DNA of 63,779 bases, filler included, from Thermoplasmatota archaeon (GTDB lineage: Archaea; Thermoplasmatota; E2; JACPAO01; JAHFTW01), in NCBI GenBank assembly GCA_041623215.1. It is 3 parts of 3 records of this genome, joined end to end, with 100 filler letters (N's around TTAATTAATTAA, not from the genome) between each part and the next. Parts side by side here need not be neighbours in the genome. Positions count along the whole stretch, not along the records: positions 22,653 to 45,148 come from JBFJXH010000017.1; positions 45,249 to 63,779 come from JBFJXH010000024.1; 1 more part is not named here. One strand, written 5' to 3'. Shown piece after piece: positions 38,926-48,019 of this stretch. A program made the position numbers and the translations under genes. Below the pieces are notes generated by a model. That model did no database searches and was not told where the DNA came from. It saw only the letters and a list, made by a program, of their open reading frames with translations. Numbering within the stretch: the stretch's first letter is position 1; the number at the start of each line of letters is the position of its first letter.

Positions 38926-41900
38926 TCAGACCACCTCGTACGTGACGTGAGCTGTGGAAGTCACGCCATCAGCATTGGTAACACGAGCCTCGAGGTGGTG
39001 TGTGGCCCGGGTGTCAGAGAAGGCCCAGTTGCCATCGATGGTGAAGTCCACGCGTCCGCCTGCTGCGCTCGTGAACGTTTGCGAGGTGGACGTTCCGGCG
39101 CGATAATCGACGCCCAAGTACTCAATCCAGTGCTCAATGGTCACGGTTTCACCCGCTACACCCGATCCGCCACCCGGCAGCCTGACAAAGCTGACCCCGG
39201 GAACGTTTTCGCCGGCCAGATATTGACCCTTGGTCACCATAACCGAGACATCGTACACCGGAGCAACCACGTTCACGGTCCAGGAGAGCTCCTGAGCGCC
39301 TTGAACGTCGTCCGATTGGGTGCTTAGCGTAACCGTCGTGGGGCCGCTGGCCCCGGAGGGAATGGTTACTGTGGCGGACACGGTTTGCGTACCACGTCCG
39401 GTGATGCTGTAGCTCGAGGGATCCACGGTGAAGCCCCAGCCACTTGTGTCCGCCGAGGTTGTCACATAGTTGGCAAGGCCGTCACCGGTGTTCTCGACTT
39501 CCATGGTCAGGGTAACGGTGTCACCCACACCCGCCTGGATGCTGCTCGGGCTGGTCCGCGTGATGGTAAAGCCAGGGATAGCTCGTACCTCAACGTCCAA
39601 CGTCGCGTCAGTGGCCAGAGGCCCGGATGCGTAATCATCGGTGGCCGTGAGCGCAAACATGTGGACTCCACGGTGCGCCGCGGTTACGGGCCAACTGAAA
39701 GTGGCCGTACCATCACCGTGGTCGTTGAGCGTCGCTTCGGTTCCGCTGTGTTGCATGGCGAAGGCAATGCCGTCGCCGTCCGGGTCGCTGGCGGTCACGA
39801 GGAACTCGATGGTGGATTCCTCGTAGCCCCATTGGCTCAGATCACTGGTGAATACCGGCGCACGGTTCACGTTGCCTACGATGATGTCAACGGTTTCTGC
39901 GACAACCGCGCCATGCACGTCGGTCGCGTTGAAGGTAACCGTGTAGCTTCCGGCATCGTCGTAACTGGGCGTCCAGGTTAGCGTACCGCTGGAGGCGTCA
40001 AAGCAACCCGCACAACCTGGCAGGGTCTCACTTGCGTCGCTGGCCAACGTTGGTTCGGCTTCATCCGTGTCTGGGTCGCTGGCACTGACCGAGAAGGTCA
40101 GCGTCGCCGCTTCGACCACGGATTGAGACCCGGGCACGGTAATGCTTGGGTCACGGTTGACGTTGGCCACCACGATGCTGAGGGTTTCCGAATCGCTCAG
40201 GTTCGGCGCGCCGTCGTCGGTTGCCGTAAAGGTCACCGAGTAGGTGCCGGCATCGAAGTAGCCGGGCGTCCAACTGAAGGCGCCCGTCGCGCCGTCAAAG
40301 CAGCCGCCGCAAGGCAGTCCGCTCGCCGTGTAGGAAACAGTGTCGCCATCCTCATCAGAAGCAACCACAGAGAAAGCAAGCAGCGCGTCTTCGTCCGTTG
40401 ATTGGTTGCCAATGGCGGCCAGAACCGGGGGCCGGTTGACGTCGCCAATGCTGATGCTAATCAGTTCATAATCGACCAGGTCGCCATCCGTGACGGTGAA
40501 GTTCACGTCTAGGTAAACACCAGATTCTTCGAACGTCGGCGTCCAACTGAAGACGCCGGTAGCAGCGTCGAAGCAGCCGGTGCAGGGCAGGTTGCTGGCA
40601 CCGAGCGTCGCCGTGTTGTCGCTGTCTGGGTCCGAGCCGGTCACCGTGAAAGTCAGTTCCTGGTTTTCGTTGCCAACCTTGTTGCCGACGTCGCCCAAGA
40701 TTGGGGCGCGATTCGTGTCAGCCACAGTTACGGTGAACGTTGCTTCGGTTGGGCCGTCATTGGCGGCTTGTACCTGCACGGTTACGCTGTGGTCGGTAGA
40801 TCCTTCGGCCATGGTTGTGACACCAAAGCCTGGAGTCCAGGCGAGTACGGCCGTGTCACCGGCGCCGTCGGTTACGGTCATGCCCTCCGGACCGTCCACC
40901 AAGGTGAACGTCAGGGTGCCGACGTCGTCGCTGTCTAGGTCCGAGCCTTCGAGCGTGACGCTGAAAGCGTCGCCCTCCGCAATGCTGACGTCGTCCACGC
41001 CCGCCGTGAAGGTGGGTGGGTGCGGGTTTCGCACGATGGCGTCGAAGCTGATGCGTTGCACTTCGTCGGTTCCGGCCATGAGGCGGGCGTAGTAGTCCAC
41101 GTTGCCATTGGCGATGGAGCTGGTATCCCAGGCATTCGACCAGTCGCGGTTGTCGTGGTTGTATTGGGTGTCCGCAAATCCGCTGGCCGCTTGGCCATCG
41201 GCCACCGCCACCACTTGCACCGACACGACCGGCGGGGAGAGGTCTTCCCCAGTCAACGCGATGTCAATGGTATCGGCGGAGCCGCAGCCTCCCGGCGTGC
41301 ATGCGCGAGCGTGAATGTTGTAGTCGCCCGCACTCCAGCTCGACACATCCCACGTGGCCGACCAGGCCTGGTCGCCCATGACCGTGAGCAGGTTGGTAGC
41401 AAACGTCGGGTCATCAATGGAAACTTCCACGTAACCGCCCGACGGGGCGCCAAGGCGCGGAAGCTCGATGAACGACGCGGCGGGATCCTCGAGGTTGGTC
41501 CAGTGGACGGGGCCCTGCTGGGTGGTCTCAATCTCTAGGGCGAGCGCCGTGAATTCGACACCGGCCATGTTGCCCGCGACGGCGATGGCCAAGTCCGCGC
41601 TACCGTAGTTGTCGGCTAGGTTGCTGCCAGCATTCACGGCACTGATGGATTGTTGGCCCACCACGCCAGCGTCACTCACCACGCGCACAATGCCTTCGAA
41701 GGCATCAGCGCCTTGGGTGCCAAAGTACAACGTTCCTTCGATGATTCCCCCTGGAGCCAAGGTCACGGGGACGAGGCTTGCATCCAGCTCATAGGTCTCA
41801 ACATAGGTTCCCGGGCGCGCCGGGGCCGTTGCGCCTTGTGTGAACGCGCAGCCGTTGGCGTCGCCTTCCGTGTTGGCCAAGTCCATGTACAACCGGTCGG

Positions 41901-44900
41901 TGGCGGTGCCGCACGTGCTGCGGTGGAGGTACAGGCGCTCCGCAACCGCGTCTCCGGGGAAGGTCGCACTACCAGTTACACTTACTTCCGTCGTCGATCC
42001 AAGGTCAAAGCTGGATGCATCGGCAGGGGCCTCAATGGTCGCGACCGGTTGAGTTCCACCGCCTCCTCCTCCGGATGTGCCCGTAATGGCAACGCGGCTT
42101 GCGCCGGCGCCGCCTTCGTAGCACATTGGGAGGTCCTGGGTCCCAGCCTCAGTCGTCACGGCCAATGTAAGGCCCGCTCCGGCCGGGATACTTGCCGTCG
42201 TCGGGAACGTAATGGTCCATTCGTGACAAGGTGTGTCGACAAACGCCAGACTCACGACATCCACGGCCGCCGATGTGCCTTGTCCCACGATGGTCCCGTC
42301 AGCGCTCAAAGAAGCCGTCATGACCACGCCAGGGTGCGGCCGAATTCCAAACGCCCGAATCGTCGCCGTCACGCTGCTGCCGGCGCCAAACTCGTTGTCG
42401 GTCGACTCGGTGGAGTCCCACGATTCAGCCATGGCAGCTACGCCAAAGTTAGTGCAGCCATGGCCTGGCTCAGCTGCCGCCCGCGTCGCGTGATCCATGT
42501 ACTGGACGTCGTTGCCTGTCGTACCGCAACCATCACGGTGTAGGTAGTAGGTTTCCGTCACGGGGGCAGAGAAGGTGAAGCCCATTTGGTCGGCGACCTC
42601 GTTGATGAGCCGGCTGACCTTGTCGACGGTGTCCACATCGGCCGCTGTAATGTCTAGGGCAGGCATAGCCGGTGCCGGCGCGGCGGCGTCCGTGTTGAAA
42701 TTGCCACCGTCCTGGCCATCCCCATCCCCGTCCCAATCACCAAACAATGCGTCGCGGATGGCCTCATCCACTTCGAAGAACTGATCTGCGTCGGGCTTGG
42801 CAGGGACGCCTGCACCGCTGGTGAAGTGGTTGATTGCACACAGTTGGGCCGCGTTGTCGGCAATGCCGTAGCCCGCGTAGGCATAGTCAACGGGGCTTCG
42901 AGGTCCACTGCCTGGGTACCCCGTGCTGCTGCTCAGTTGGCTGGCGCAGTGGAGGCTGACATCCCATAGTTCGTGGCGTTGTAGCACACCGTCGGCCAAC
43001 TCGGGGACGCCGGGCACGGGGGCGCCGACTGCCACTGCTTGGCGTTGGCCACCAGCTTGCGCGGCCGTCTTCTGGCCCGCTTCCAGGTCACCTAGGGCAA
43101 TCCTTGCCTCTAGCAAGGCACTGGCCATGTGGCCGGTCGCAATGGGCGTAGCCGCGCTGGTTCCGCCAAAGCCGCAGTTGCCACTGTAGTTGTTGCGGCA
43201 GGCGCCAGGGATATTGCCACTCGCATAGCCGCTCCAATCAGCGGGTTTTCCGGATTGCAAGATGCTCGCGCCGCCCGTGGTCACGGCCCCGACATTGAGG
43301 GTCCAGTCGGGACCCAAGTCGTTGCTCGTGTAGGTCTGTTCAACGCACAGGTAGGCCAAGCAGCCGTTGCCTGCGGCGTAGCTGATGGTCTGGCCGCGTT
43401 CGGCCGCGTTCAGCTGGTTTCCATTGGACCACATGACACCGCCATTGGCAATGCCGATGACGCCAGGGATGTTGGCTGGACTGCCCCCACTGACACTGAC
43501 AAAGTCAATCCAGGATTCGCCGAAGAAGCGGACATCGCCAGCCAGGCTCTCGGCGAAGGCAAGCACGCAGCGCTTGCAGCTTCCGACGAGGTTTCCGACG
43601 GCAACCGAACTGGCTCCCGTGCCATGGCCATCGTCATCGTAAATGGGCGTCGAATCAGCCGCACTGTTCAGGGCATTTTGATCGCTGTGATCAATGGCTC
43701 CAATAATCTTGGTGCCCGGAATCCAGAACCATTGACCCAGCGGAATCTTGCTGTGTCCGAGGTTCCAAACGTCGGCGTTGTCGGCCGCCTTGTTGTAACC
43801 ACCAAGGGTCAAGTCCAGCGCCTCGGCGTTGGCCGGGAAGCCAGGAATGTAGTTGGCGGGGTGGCGCGTGAAGGGCATCATGTCGCCGTTGGGGTAGCGC
43901 TTGATGACGTCGCCGGGGCCCATGTTGTTGGGGTCCGTGGTGGTGAAGTCTCGCAGTTCCGGGTACGGGACGTGAATGCCTTCGTAGTTCTTGTTGTAGG
44001 GGTTGATGCCGGTGTCGGCAACGCCCACCACAACGATACTTGGGGTGCTGGGGCAGTTCGCCAGAACCTGGAAGGCAATGGTGACCGTTGCACGGTAACC
44101 GTCAGCGCTGGTGGCGCGAGCGCGCACAAGGTGGCTGCCAGAGTCCACCGCGAAGCCAGGGTCGAAGGTATTGCCCGTCCCGTCATTGAAGAGGCCATCA
44201 AGGTCAGCATCCCAGGTTACAACGACCGGGCCGTTGCCACCCGTCACGCCGACGGTCAAGGCTTGGCTTGCCGTCTCAAAGCAACTCAGGTTGTCATCGG
44301 TCACTGCGGGGAGCGGATTGGTGGGTGGTGCTTGACTCGTAACGGTCAGGGTGTAGGTGTCAGCTACGGCGATGTAGGTGCGCACCTCAAACGTCCATTG
44401 GCCCGATTGCGGCCCGACCACCGAAATGGATTCGGGCGACTTGAAGTCGGCACTGCTGGGGCCAGGCGAACCGTCTGGCTGCGTGGAGTGGAGGTCGAAG
44501 TCGTTGGGCCCGCCGACGAAGCCGACGGGATTGTCGGGAACCACTTCAGCCTTCACCGTCCAGTCAAGCAGCGCGTCGAGCGTGCTGCTGCCCGGGGCCA
44601 CCGTGTAGTCATGCGTGAAGGTGGCTCCGTCAACGGTGCCGCTTTCGCCAGCGTCTTCATCGTTAACGCCAACGAGTACATCATTGCTGAATTCTTGTTG
44701 CGTCTCGATGTTTTCGTACACCATCACTTGCACGGAGTCCGTGGCGGAGGTCTGCGTGGCGTCGGTGGCGCACACCTTGTAGGTGTGCACGCCCGGGGCA
44801 GGGCTTGGCGAAACCACGGCTTGGCCAGCCGTATCGCAGACGCCGTCTCCATTCGTATCCCACGAGAAGCTGACTGGTTCAACGCCATCAAACGCCATTG

Positions 44901-45147
44901 CGGACAAAGCCACGTCGTTGCCGGATAGCACGAACTGGGAGTCGCCCGCGTCCACGGCCATTTGGCCGGGTGGCAAAGGCACGAAGCTGTGGGGGCCGCT
45001 TGCATCTTGCGAGCTTCCACCGTGATTGTCGAAGACCATCAAGGTGACCGTGTAGGTACCCGCTCCGCTGTACGTGTAGGCGACGCTGGATCCCGTTGCC
45101 ACGCTGCCATCCCCGAAGGCCCAGTTGAGGGTCAGGGTGTCGCCCGC
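38926..45147 (-). CDS. Giant multidomain S8 subtilase (>2070 aa, 5' truncated): PKD, PPC-like, S8, two Cys-containing repeats, five cadherin/He_PIG-like Ig repeats and a C-terminal module
   Basis: Frame open to the gap (AGDTLTLNWAFGDG...); triad VADTGINP, DGHGTGASS, GGTSAATP; oxyanion AAGNG; NRxP..ASDxD..FSWTP repeats. Confidence 0.88.
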   Translation of the reverse strand, partial: AGDTLTLNWAFGDGSVATGSSVAYTYSGAGTYTVTLMVFDNHGGSSQDASGPHSFVPLPPGQMAVDAGDSQFVLSGNDVALSAMAFDGVEPVSFSWDTNGDGVCDTAGQAVVSPSPAPGVHTYKVCATDATQTSATDSVQVMVYENIETQQEFSNDVLVGVNDEDAGESGTVDGATFTHDYTVAPGSSTLDALLDWTVKAEVVPDNPVGFVGGPNDFDLHSTQPDGSPGPSSADFKSPESISVVGPQSGQWTFEVRTYIAVADTYTLTVTSQAPPTNPLPAVTDDNLSCFETASQALTVGVTGGNGPVVVTWDADLDGLFNDGTGNTFDPGFAVDSGSHLVRARATSADGYRATVTIAFQVLANCPSTPSIVVVGVADTGINPYNKNYEGIHVPYPELRDFTTTDPNNMGPGDVIKRYPNGDMMPFTRHPANYIPGFPANAEALDLTLGGYNKAADNADVWNLGHSKIPLGQWFWIPGTKIIGAIDHSDQNALNSAADSTPIYDDDGHGTGASSVAVGNLVGSCKRCVLAFAESLAGDVRFFGESWIDFVSVSGGSPANIPGVIGIANGGVMWSNGNQLNAAERGQTISYAAGNGCLAYLCVEQTYTSNDLGPDWTLNVGAVTTGGASILQSGKPADWSGYASGNIPGACRNNYSGNCGFGGTSAATPIATGHMASALLEARIALGDLEAGQKTAAQAGGQRQAVAVGAPVPGVPELADGVLQRHELWDVSLHCASQLSSSTGYPGSGPRSPVDYAYAGYGIADNAAQLCAINHFTSGAGVPAKPDADQFFEVDEAIRDALFGDWDGDGDGQDGGNFNTDAAAPAPAMPALDITAADVDTVDKVSRLINEVADQMGFTFSAPVTETYYLHRDGCGTTGNDVQYMDHATRAAAEPGHGCTNFGVAAMAESWDSTESTDNEFGAGSSVTATIRAFGIRPHPGVVMTASLSADGTIVGQGTSAAVDVVSLAFVDTPCHEWTITFPTTASIPAGAGLTLAVTTEAGTQDLPMCYEGGAGASRVAITGTSGGGGGGTQPVATIEAPADASSFDLGSTTEVSVTGSATFPGDAVAERLYLHRSTCGTATDRLYMDLANTEGDANGCAFTQGATAPARPGTYVETYELDASLVPVTLAPGGIIEGTLYFGTQGADAFEGIVRVVSDAGVVGQQSISAVNAGSNLADNYGSADLAIAVAGNMAGVEFTALALEIETTQQGPVHWTNLEDPAASFIELPRLGAPSGGYVEVSIDDPTFATNLLTVMGDQAWSATWDVSSWSAGDYNIHARACTPGGCGSADTIDIALTGEDLSPPVVSVQVVAVADGQAASGFADTQYNHDNRDWSNAWDTSSIANGNVDYYARLMAGTDEVQRISFDAIVRNPHPPTFTAGVDDVSIAEGDAFSVTLEGSDLDSDDVGTLTFTLVDGPEGMTVTDGAGDTAVLAWTPGFGVTTMAEGSTDHSVTVQVQAANDGPTEATFTVTVADTNRAPILGDVGNKVGNENQELTFTVTGSDPDSDNTATLGASNLPCTGCFDAATGVFSWTPTFEESGVYLDVNFTVTDGDLVDYELISISIGDVNRPPVLAAIGNQSTDEDALLAFSVVASDEDGDTVSYTASGLPCGGCFDGATGAFSWTPGYFDAGTYSVTFTATDDGAPNLSDSETLSIVVANVNRDPSITVPGSQSVVEAATLTFSVSASDPDTDEAEPTLASDASETLPGCAGCFDASSGTLTWTPSYDDAGSYTVTFNATDVHGAVVAETVDIIVGNVNRAPVFTSDLSQWGYEESTIEFLVTASDPDGDGIAFAMQHSGTEATLNDHGDGTATFSWPVTAAHRGVHMFALTATDDYASGPLATDATLDVEVRAIPGFTITRTSPSSIQAGVGDTVTLTMEVENTGDGLANYVTTSADTSGWGFTVDPSSYSITGRGTQTVSATVTIPSGASGPTTVTLSTQSDDVQGAQELSWTVNVVAPVYDVSVMVTKGQYLAGENVPGVSFVRLPGGGSGVAGETVTIEHWIEYLGVDYRAGTSTSQTFTSAAGGRVDFTIDGNWAFSDTRATHHLEARVTNADGVTSTAHVTYEVV

Positions 45148-45148
45148 A

Positions 45149-45248
45149 NNNNNNNNNNNNNNNNNNNNNNNNNNNNNNNNNNNNNNNNNNNNTTAATTAA
45201 TTAANNNNNNNNNNNNNNNNNNNNNNNNNNNNNNNNNNNNNNNNNNNN
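45149..45248. other. Artificial contig linker
   Basis: 44 N + TTAATTAATTAA + 44 N. Confidence 0.99.
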
Positions 45249-45373
45249 AAGAGCGCAATGCCAAGGATGACGAGATCGGTTGCTAGGCTCGGGCCCATTC
45301 GGCCCACGGCGAGTGCGGCGGCGGCGCCCGTTGTGAGCCCCGAGCCATACCACAGCGTTTCACCTGGTTTCAT
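45249..45373 (-). CDS. Small hydrophobic protein (5' part, truncated by contig end)
   Basis: ATGA overlap with the preceding stop; MKPGETLWYGSGLTTGAAAALAVGRMGPSLATDLVILGIAL... Confidence 0.55.
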
Positions 45374-45660
45374 TGCGCTGCCTCCGATGCCGCTGGGTTG
45401 CCGCTAGCGCGGCCACGTGTTTGTTCAAACAAGCTCACAGCCGCAATGGCCGCGAAGAAGGCGCCAAAGGTTTGGCCTGCGGCATTCATGGGACCTAGAA
45501 CTTCCACGATGGCAAGGACGTGGTAAGCAACAGCGGCCAGCAGGAGAATCACGTTGACGGCTAGGCCTCCGGGCAGAACGACAGGTTGCTTCACGAACTG
45601 GCTGCCGACGATGAATACAATCGCCGTTGCCCAGGAAACCAGCAGGAACGCGGTCAGCAT
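45370..45660 (-). CDS. Small three-TM membrane protein
   Basis: TGATG coupling to E1-alpha with SD GGAGG; three hydrophobic helices. Confidence 0.7.
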   Translation of the reverse strand: MLTAFLLVSWATAIVFIVGSQFVKQPVVLPGGLAVNVILLLAAVAYHVLAIVEVLGPMNAAGQTFGAFFAAIAAVSLFEQTRGRASGNPAASEAAQ

Positions 45661-46751
45661 CAGTGGTGACCTCCTGGCATGCCGTGTTCGTCAATTTCCC
45701 TGTGCATTTGGGCGCGCTGTTCCTCGAGTGCAGGGTGCGTGGACGCAAAGACATCGTCGAACATGGTGTCTGGGTCGGGGTGCCAGTCGGCGGCCTCTGC
45801 GGCCTTGATGGCGGCGGTGACCTCGGCTTCGGCGTCCTTGGCGGTGGATTCGATGAATCCGTCGTCGATTAGCCCTTGCTTCTTGAGGTATTTTTCAAAG
45901 CGGAGGATGGGATCTTTCTTCTCCCATTCAGCTAGTTCTTCTGGTGGGCAGTAGCGACTCGGGTCGTCGCTGGTCGAGTGGGCTGCGCGCCGGTACGTGA
46001 CCAGTTCAATGAGCGTGGGGCCTTCGCCTGCGCGGGCTCGATCCACGGCATCCTTGCAGGTCTTGTAGACCGCCAAGACATCGTTGCCATCGACGCGCAC
46101 GCCGGGCATGCCATAGGCCACCGCTTTGTCGGCGAAGGTTTCAGACGCGGATTGCTTGCTCGTCGGGACGCTGATGGCCCATTGATTGTTCTCCAGAATG
46201 AAGATGCACGGAGCTTTCTGCACGGCGGCGAAATTCATCCCGCTGTGGAAGTCCCCTTCGCTGCTGCTTCCATCGCCAAAGAACACCATGGAGACCTGCT
46301 TGGTGCCACGGTACTTCTGCGCCCAGGCCATGCCGGCTGCTTGGATGATTTGCACACCTAATGGGCTGCTAATGGAGTAGAAGTTGATGTCCCGGAAGGA
46401 GTAGTGCACCGGCATCTGGCGCCCCTTCGTGTTGTCCACCGCGTTGCCGAAGCATTGGTGCGCCATGGCCTCCATGCTAATCCCTCGAAGGAGCGGAATG
46501 CCCTGGTCCCGGTAGTGGGGAATCATCCAGTCATCGTCTTCCAGAGCGTAGGCGGCGCCCACGTGGCCCGATTCCTGCCCGGTGGCGGCTAGGTAGAAGC
46601 CAATGCGGCCTTGACGCTGGAGGAGAATGAACTTGTCGTCAAATTTCCGCGTCCGGACCATGGTGACGTACATCTTGCGAAGGTCGTCATCCGAGAGGTC
46701 GAGACCCAGGTCCTTCTTACGGCTCTCAAGGAGCATCAAGGGCTTGGTCAT
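45660..46751 (-). CDS. pdhA: 2-oxoacid (pyruvate/branched-chain) dehydrogenase E1 alpha subunit
   Basis: RQGRIGFY, GRQMPVH, ThDP motif GDGSSSEGDFH...NNQWAIS, DGNDV and HSTSDDPSRY. Confidence 0.95.
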   Translation of the reverse strand: MTKPLMLLESRKKDLGLDLSDDDLRKMYVTMVRTRKFDDKFILLQRQGRIGFYLAATGQESGHVGAAYALEDDDWMIPHYRDQGIPLLRGISMEAMAHQCFGNAVDNTKGRQMPVHYSFRDINFYSISSPLGVQIIQAAGMAWAQKYRGTKQVSMVFFGDGSSSEGDFHSGMNFAAVQKAPCIFILENNQWAISVPTSKQSASETFADKAVAYGMPGVRVDGNDVLAVYKTCKDAVDRARAGEGPTLIELVTYRRAAHSTSDDPSRYCPPEELAEWEKKDPILRFEKYLKKQGLIDDGFIESTAKDAEAEVTAAIKAAEAADWHPDPDTMFDDVFASTHPALEEQRAQMHREIDEHGMPGGHH

Positions 46752-46782
46752 GGGCGTCGATTGCTGCGTAGGAGCAGTCCGG

Positions 46783-46833
46783 TTTAAGTCGCGCGGCCAA
46801 ACATGAATGGCTAATCATGCTTATTGTTCATGT
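46783..46833 (-). promoter_or_regulatory. E1-alpha promoter (CTTAAA) with upstream AT-rich inverted repeat
   Basis: TATA-like box at 46783-46788; ACATGAA-N19-TTCATGT at 46801-46833. Confidence 0.5.
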
Positions 46834-46945
46834 GTGCGCACAGGCCAGCATCTTGAGCTAACAAGCGACGTGCGCCAGCCCATTCGACCTCCGCCGCCGC
46901 GCCTGGGGCCACGCTGCCGGGACGACATGGCCGAACAGCTAGCTG

Positions 46946-47467
46946 TCATCGAAGAAGCTGGTACAAAACGCGGGTATTGGCGGCAAACGAGGCCACCATG
47001 CCCGCCGCGGCCAGCGCCATGGCCGCCAACACCCACGGCACCCCTTTCGCAAGAAGCGGCTGCAAAACGAGGAGCGCACCCACCGGCGCCAGCATGGCCA
47101 GCGCATTAACCCAGAGGGCGACCGTTAGCGCTTCAATGAGGGCCTTGCGATACACCAGGGCATCGTCAAGCCTTCCACGGGCCCGGGCAAACGACGCTTG
47201 CCTCGCCTCTTCCACATTGGGCGCCCACCGATCCAATTCCTCCTGGATTGCTCGTCGCCGGTGCTCTGCGAAGGCCGTCTCAAGGCGGGCAACGAGGTCC
47301 TCGGGCAAGCCCGCCGAGCGAAGCACAGCCTCGCCAAGTTTCTCGATGCGCCGCTGCAGGCCACCAATACGAAACAGCACGAACGCCCCCAGCAGCGCCA
47401 CCATGCCCGCTAAGACTTCGGGCACGGTCGATAGTAGGGCGTGCGCGGTATCCTCCAGAGCCATCAT
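46946..47467 (-). CDS. Hypothetical membrane protein
   Basis: N-terminal TM, helical linker, two C-terminal TM helices; CTTTGA box about 25 nt upstream. Confidence 0.65.
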   Translation of the reverse strand: MMALEDTAHALLSTVPEVLAGMVALLGAFVLFRIGGLQRRIEKLGEAVLRSAGLPEDLVARLETAFAEHRRRAIQEELDRWAPNVEEARQASFARARGRLDDALVYRKALIEALTVALWVNALAMLAPVGALLVLQPLLAKGVPWVLAAMALAAAGMVASFAANTRVLYQLLR

Positions 47468-47503
47468 ATGGCGAAGGCGCCCCCCGCCTCAAAGCCTGCG
47501 CCC

Positions 47504-48019
47504 TTATTCACGCCAAGTGGAGAACGCCTCGTACGCCCCTACCGTGCGCCGCTTGCGGCGCACTTCGACGCGTTCGGCCAGCCATTGGTACCACTCGGCG
47601 TATCGCGGGGCCCCAAGCTTCGCCCGTTGGTCCATGATGTAAGGTTCGAGCCGCCGCCACGACTCCCGCAGAAAGCCACCAATCACCTGGTCCACCGTGT
47701 CCAGGGGCACGATGCGATTGTGCACCATGATGCCCAACGTCTCGAACGTCATGGCAACGCAGCCAGCGGCGTCCTCTGTGGCAACGTCCCCGCGCACATC
47801 CTCCGGTGGCGCGGCCAAGGGCAGCATCCAGATTTGCTGGTACGCAGCACGGAATTCGGTCGACTGCAAGTCGTTGAGCACCTCGAGAGCCGCATGGTCG
47901 TCGCGCTCCCGACGGGCGTGCAGGAATTGATACCCGGCGAAGAAGGCACCCACGACCAAGGAAATCTGCGCCAGGAATTGGGCATAGGGAAGCAGTTCGG
48001 GGATGCTCATGTCAATCAT
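47504..48019 (-). CDS. DUF4760-like membrane-anchored protein
   Basis: N-terminal TM, then FETLGIMV...W..L.PYI...R......Y.EWYQWLA; ATGA overlap with lipA. Confidence 0.7.
   Translation of the reverse strand: MIDMSIPELLPYAQFLAQISLVVGAFFAGYQFLHARRERDDHAALEVLNDLQSTEFRAAYQQIWMLPLAAPPEDVRGDVATEDAAGCVAMTFETLGIMVHNRIVPLDTVDQVIGGFLRESWRRLEPYIMDQRAKLGAPRYAEWYQWLAERVEVRRKRRTVGAYEAFSTWRE

Noticed and set aside
43129..44928. 599-aa plus-strand ORF and other long antisense ORFs (e.g. 26511-27380, 48223-49143, 18778-19551, 56257-57132)
   Set aside because: Shadow frames opposite well-supported genes, expected at high GC, with no recognisable motifs.
45100..45400. Apparent same-strand operon from pdhA through to the giant subtilase
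   Set aside because: Crosses an artificial contig join, so adjacency is not evidence.
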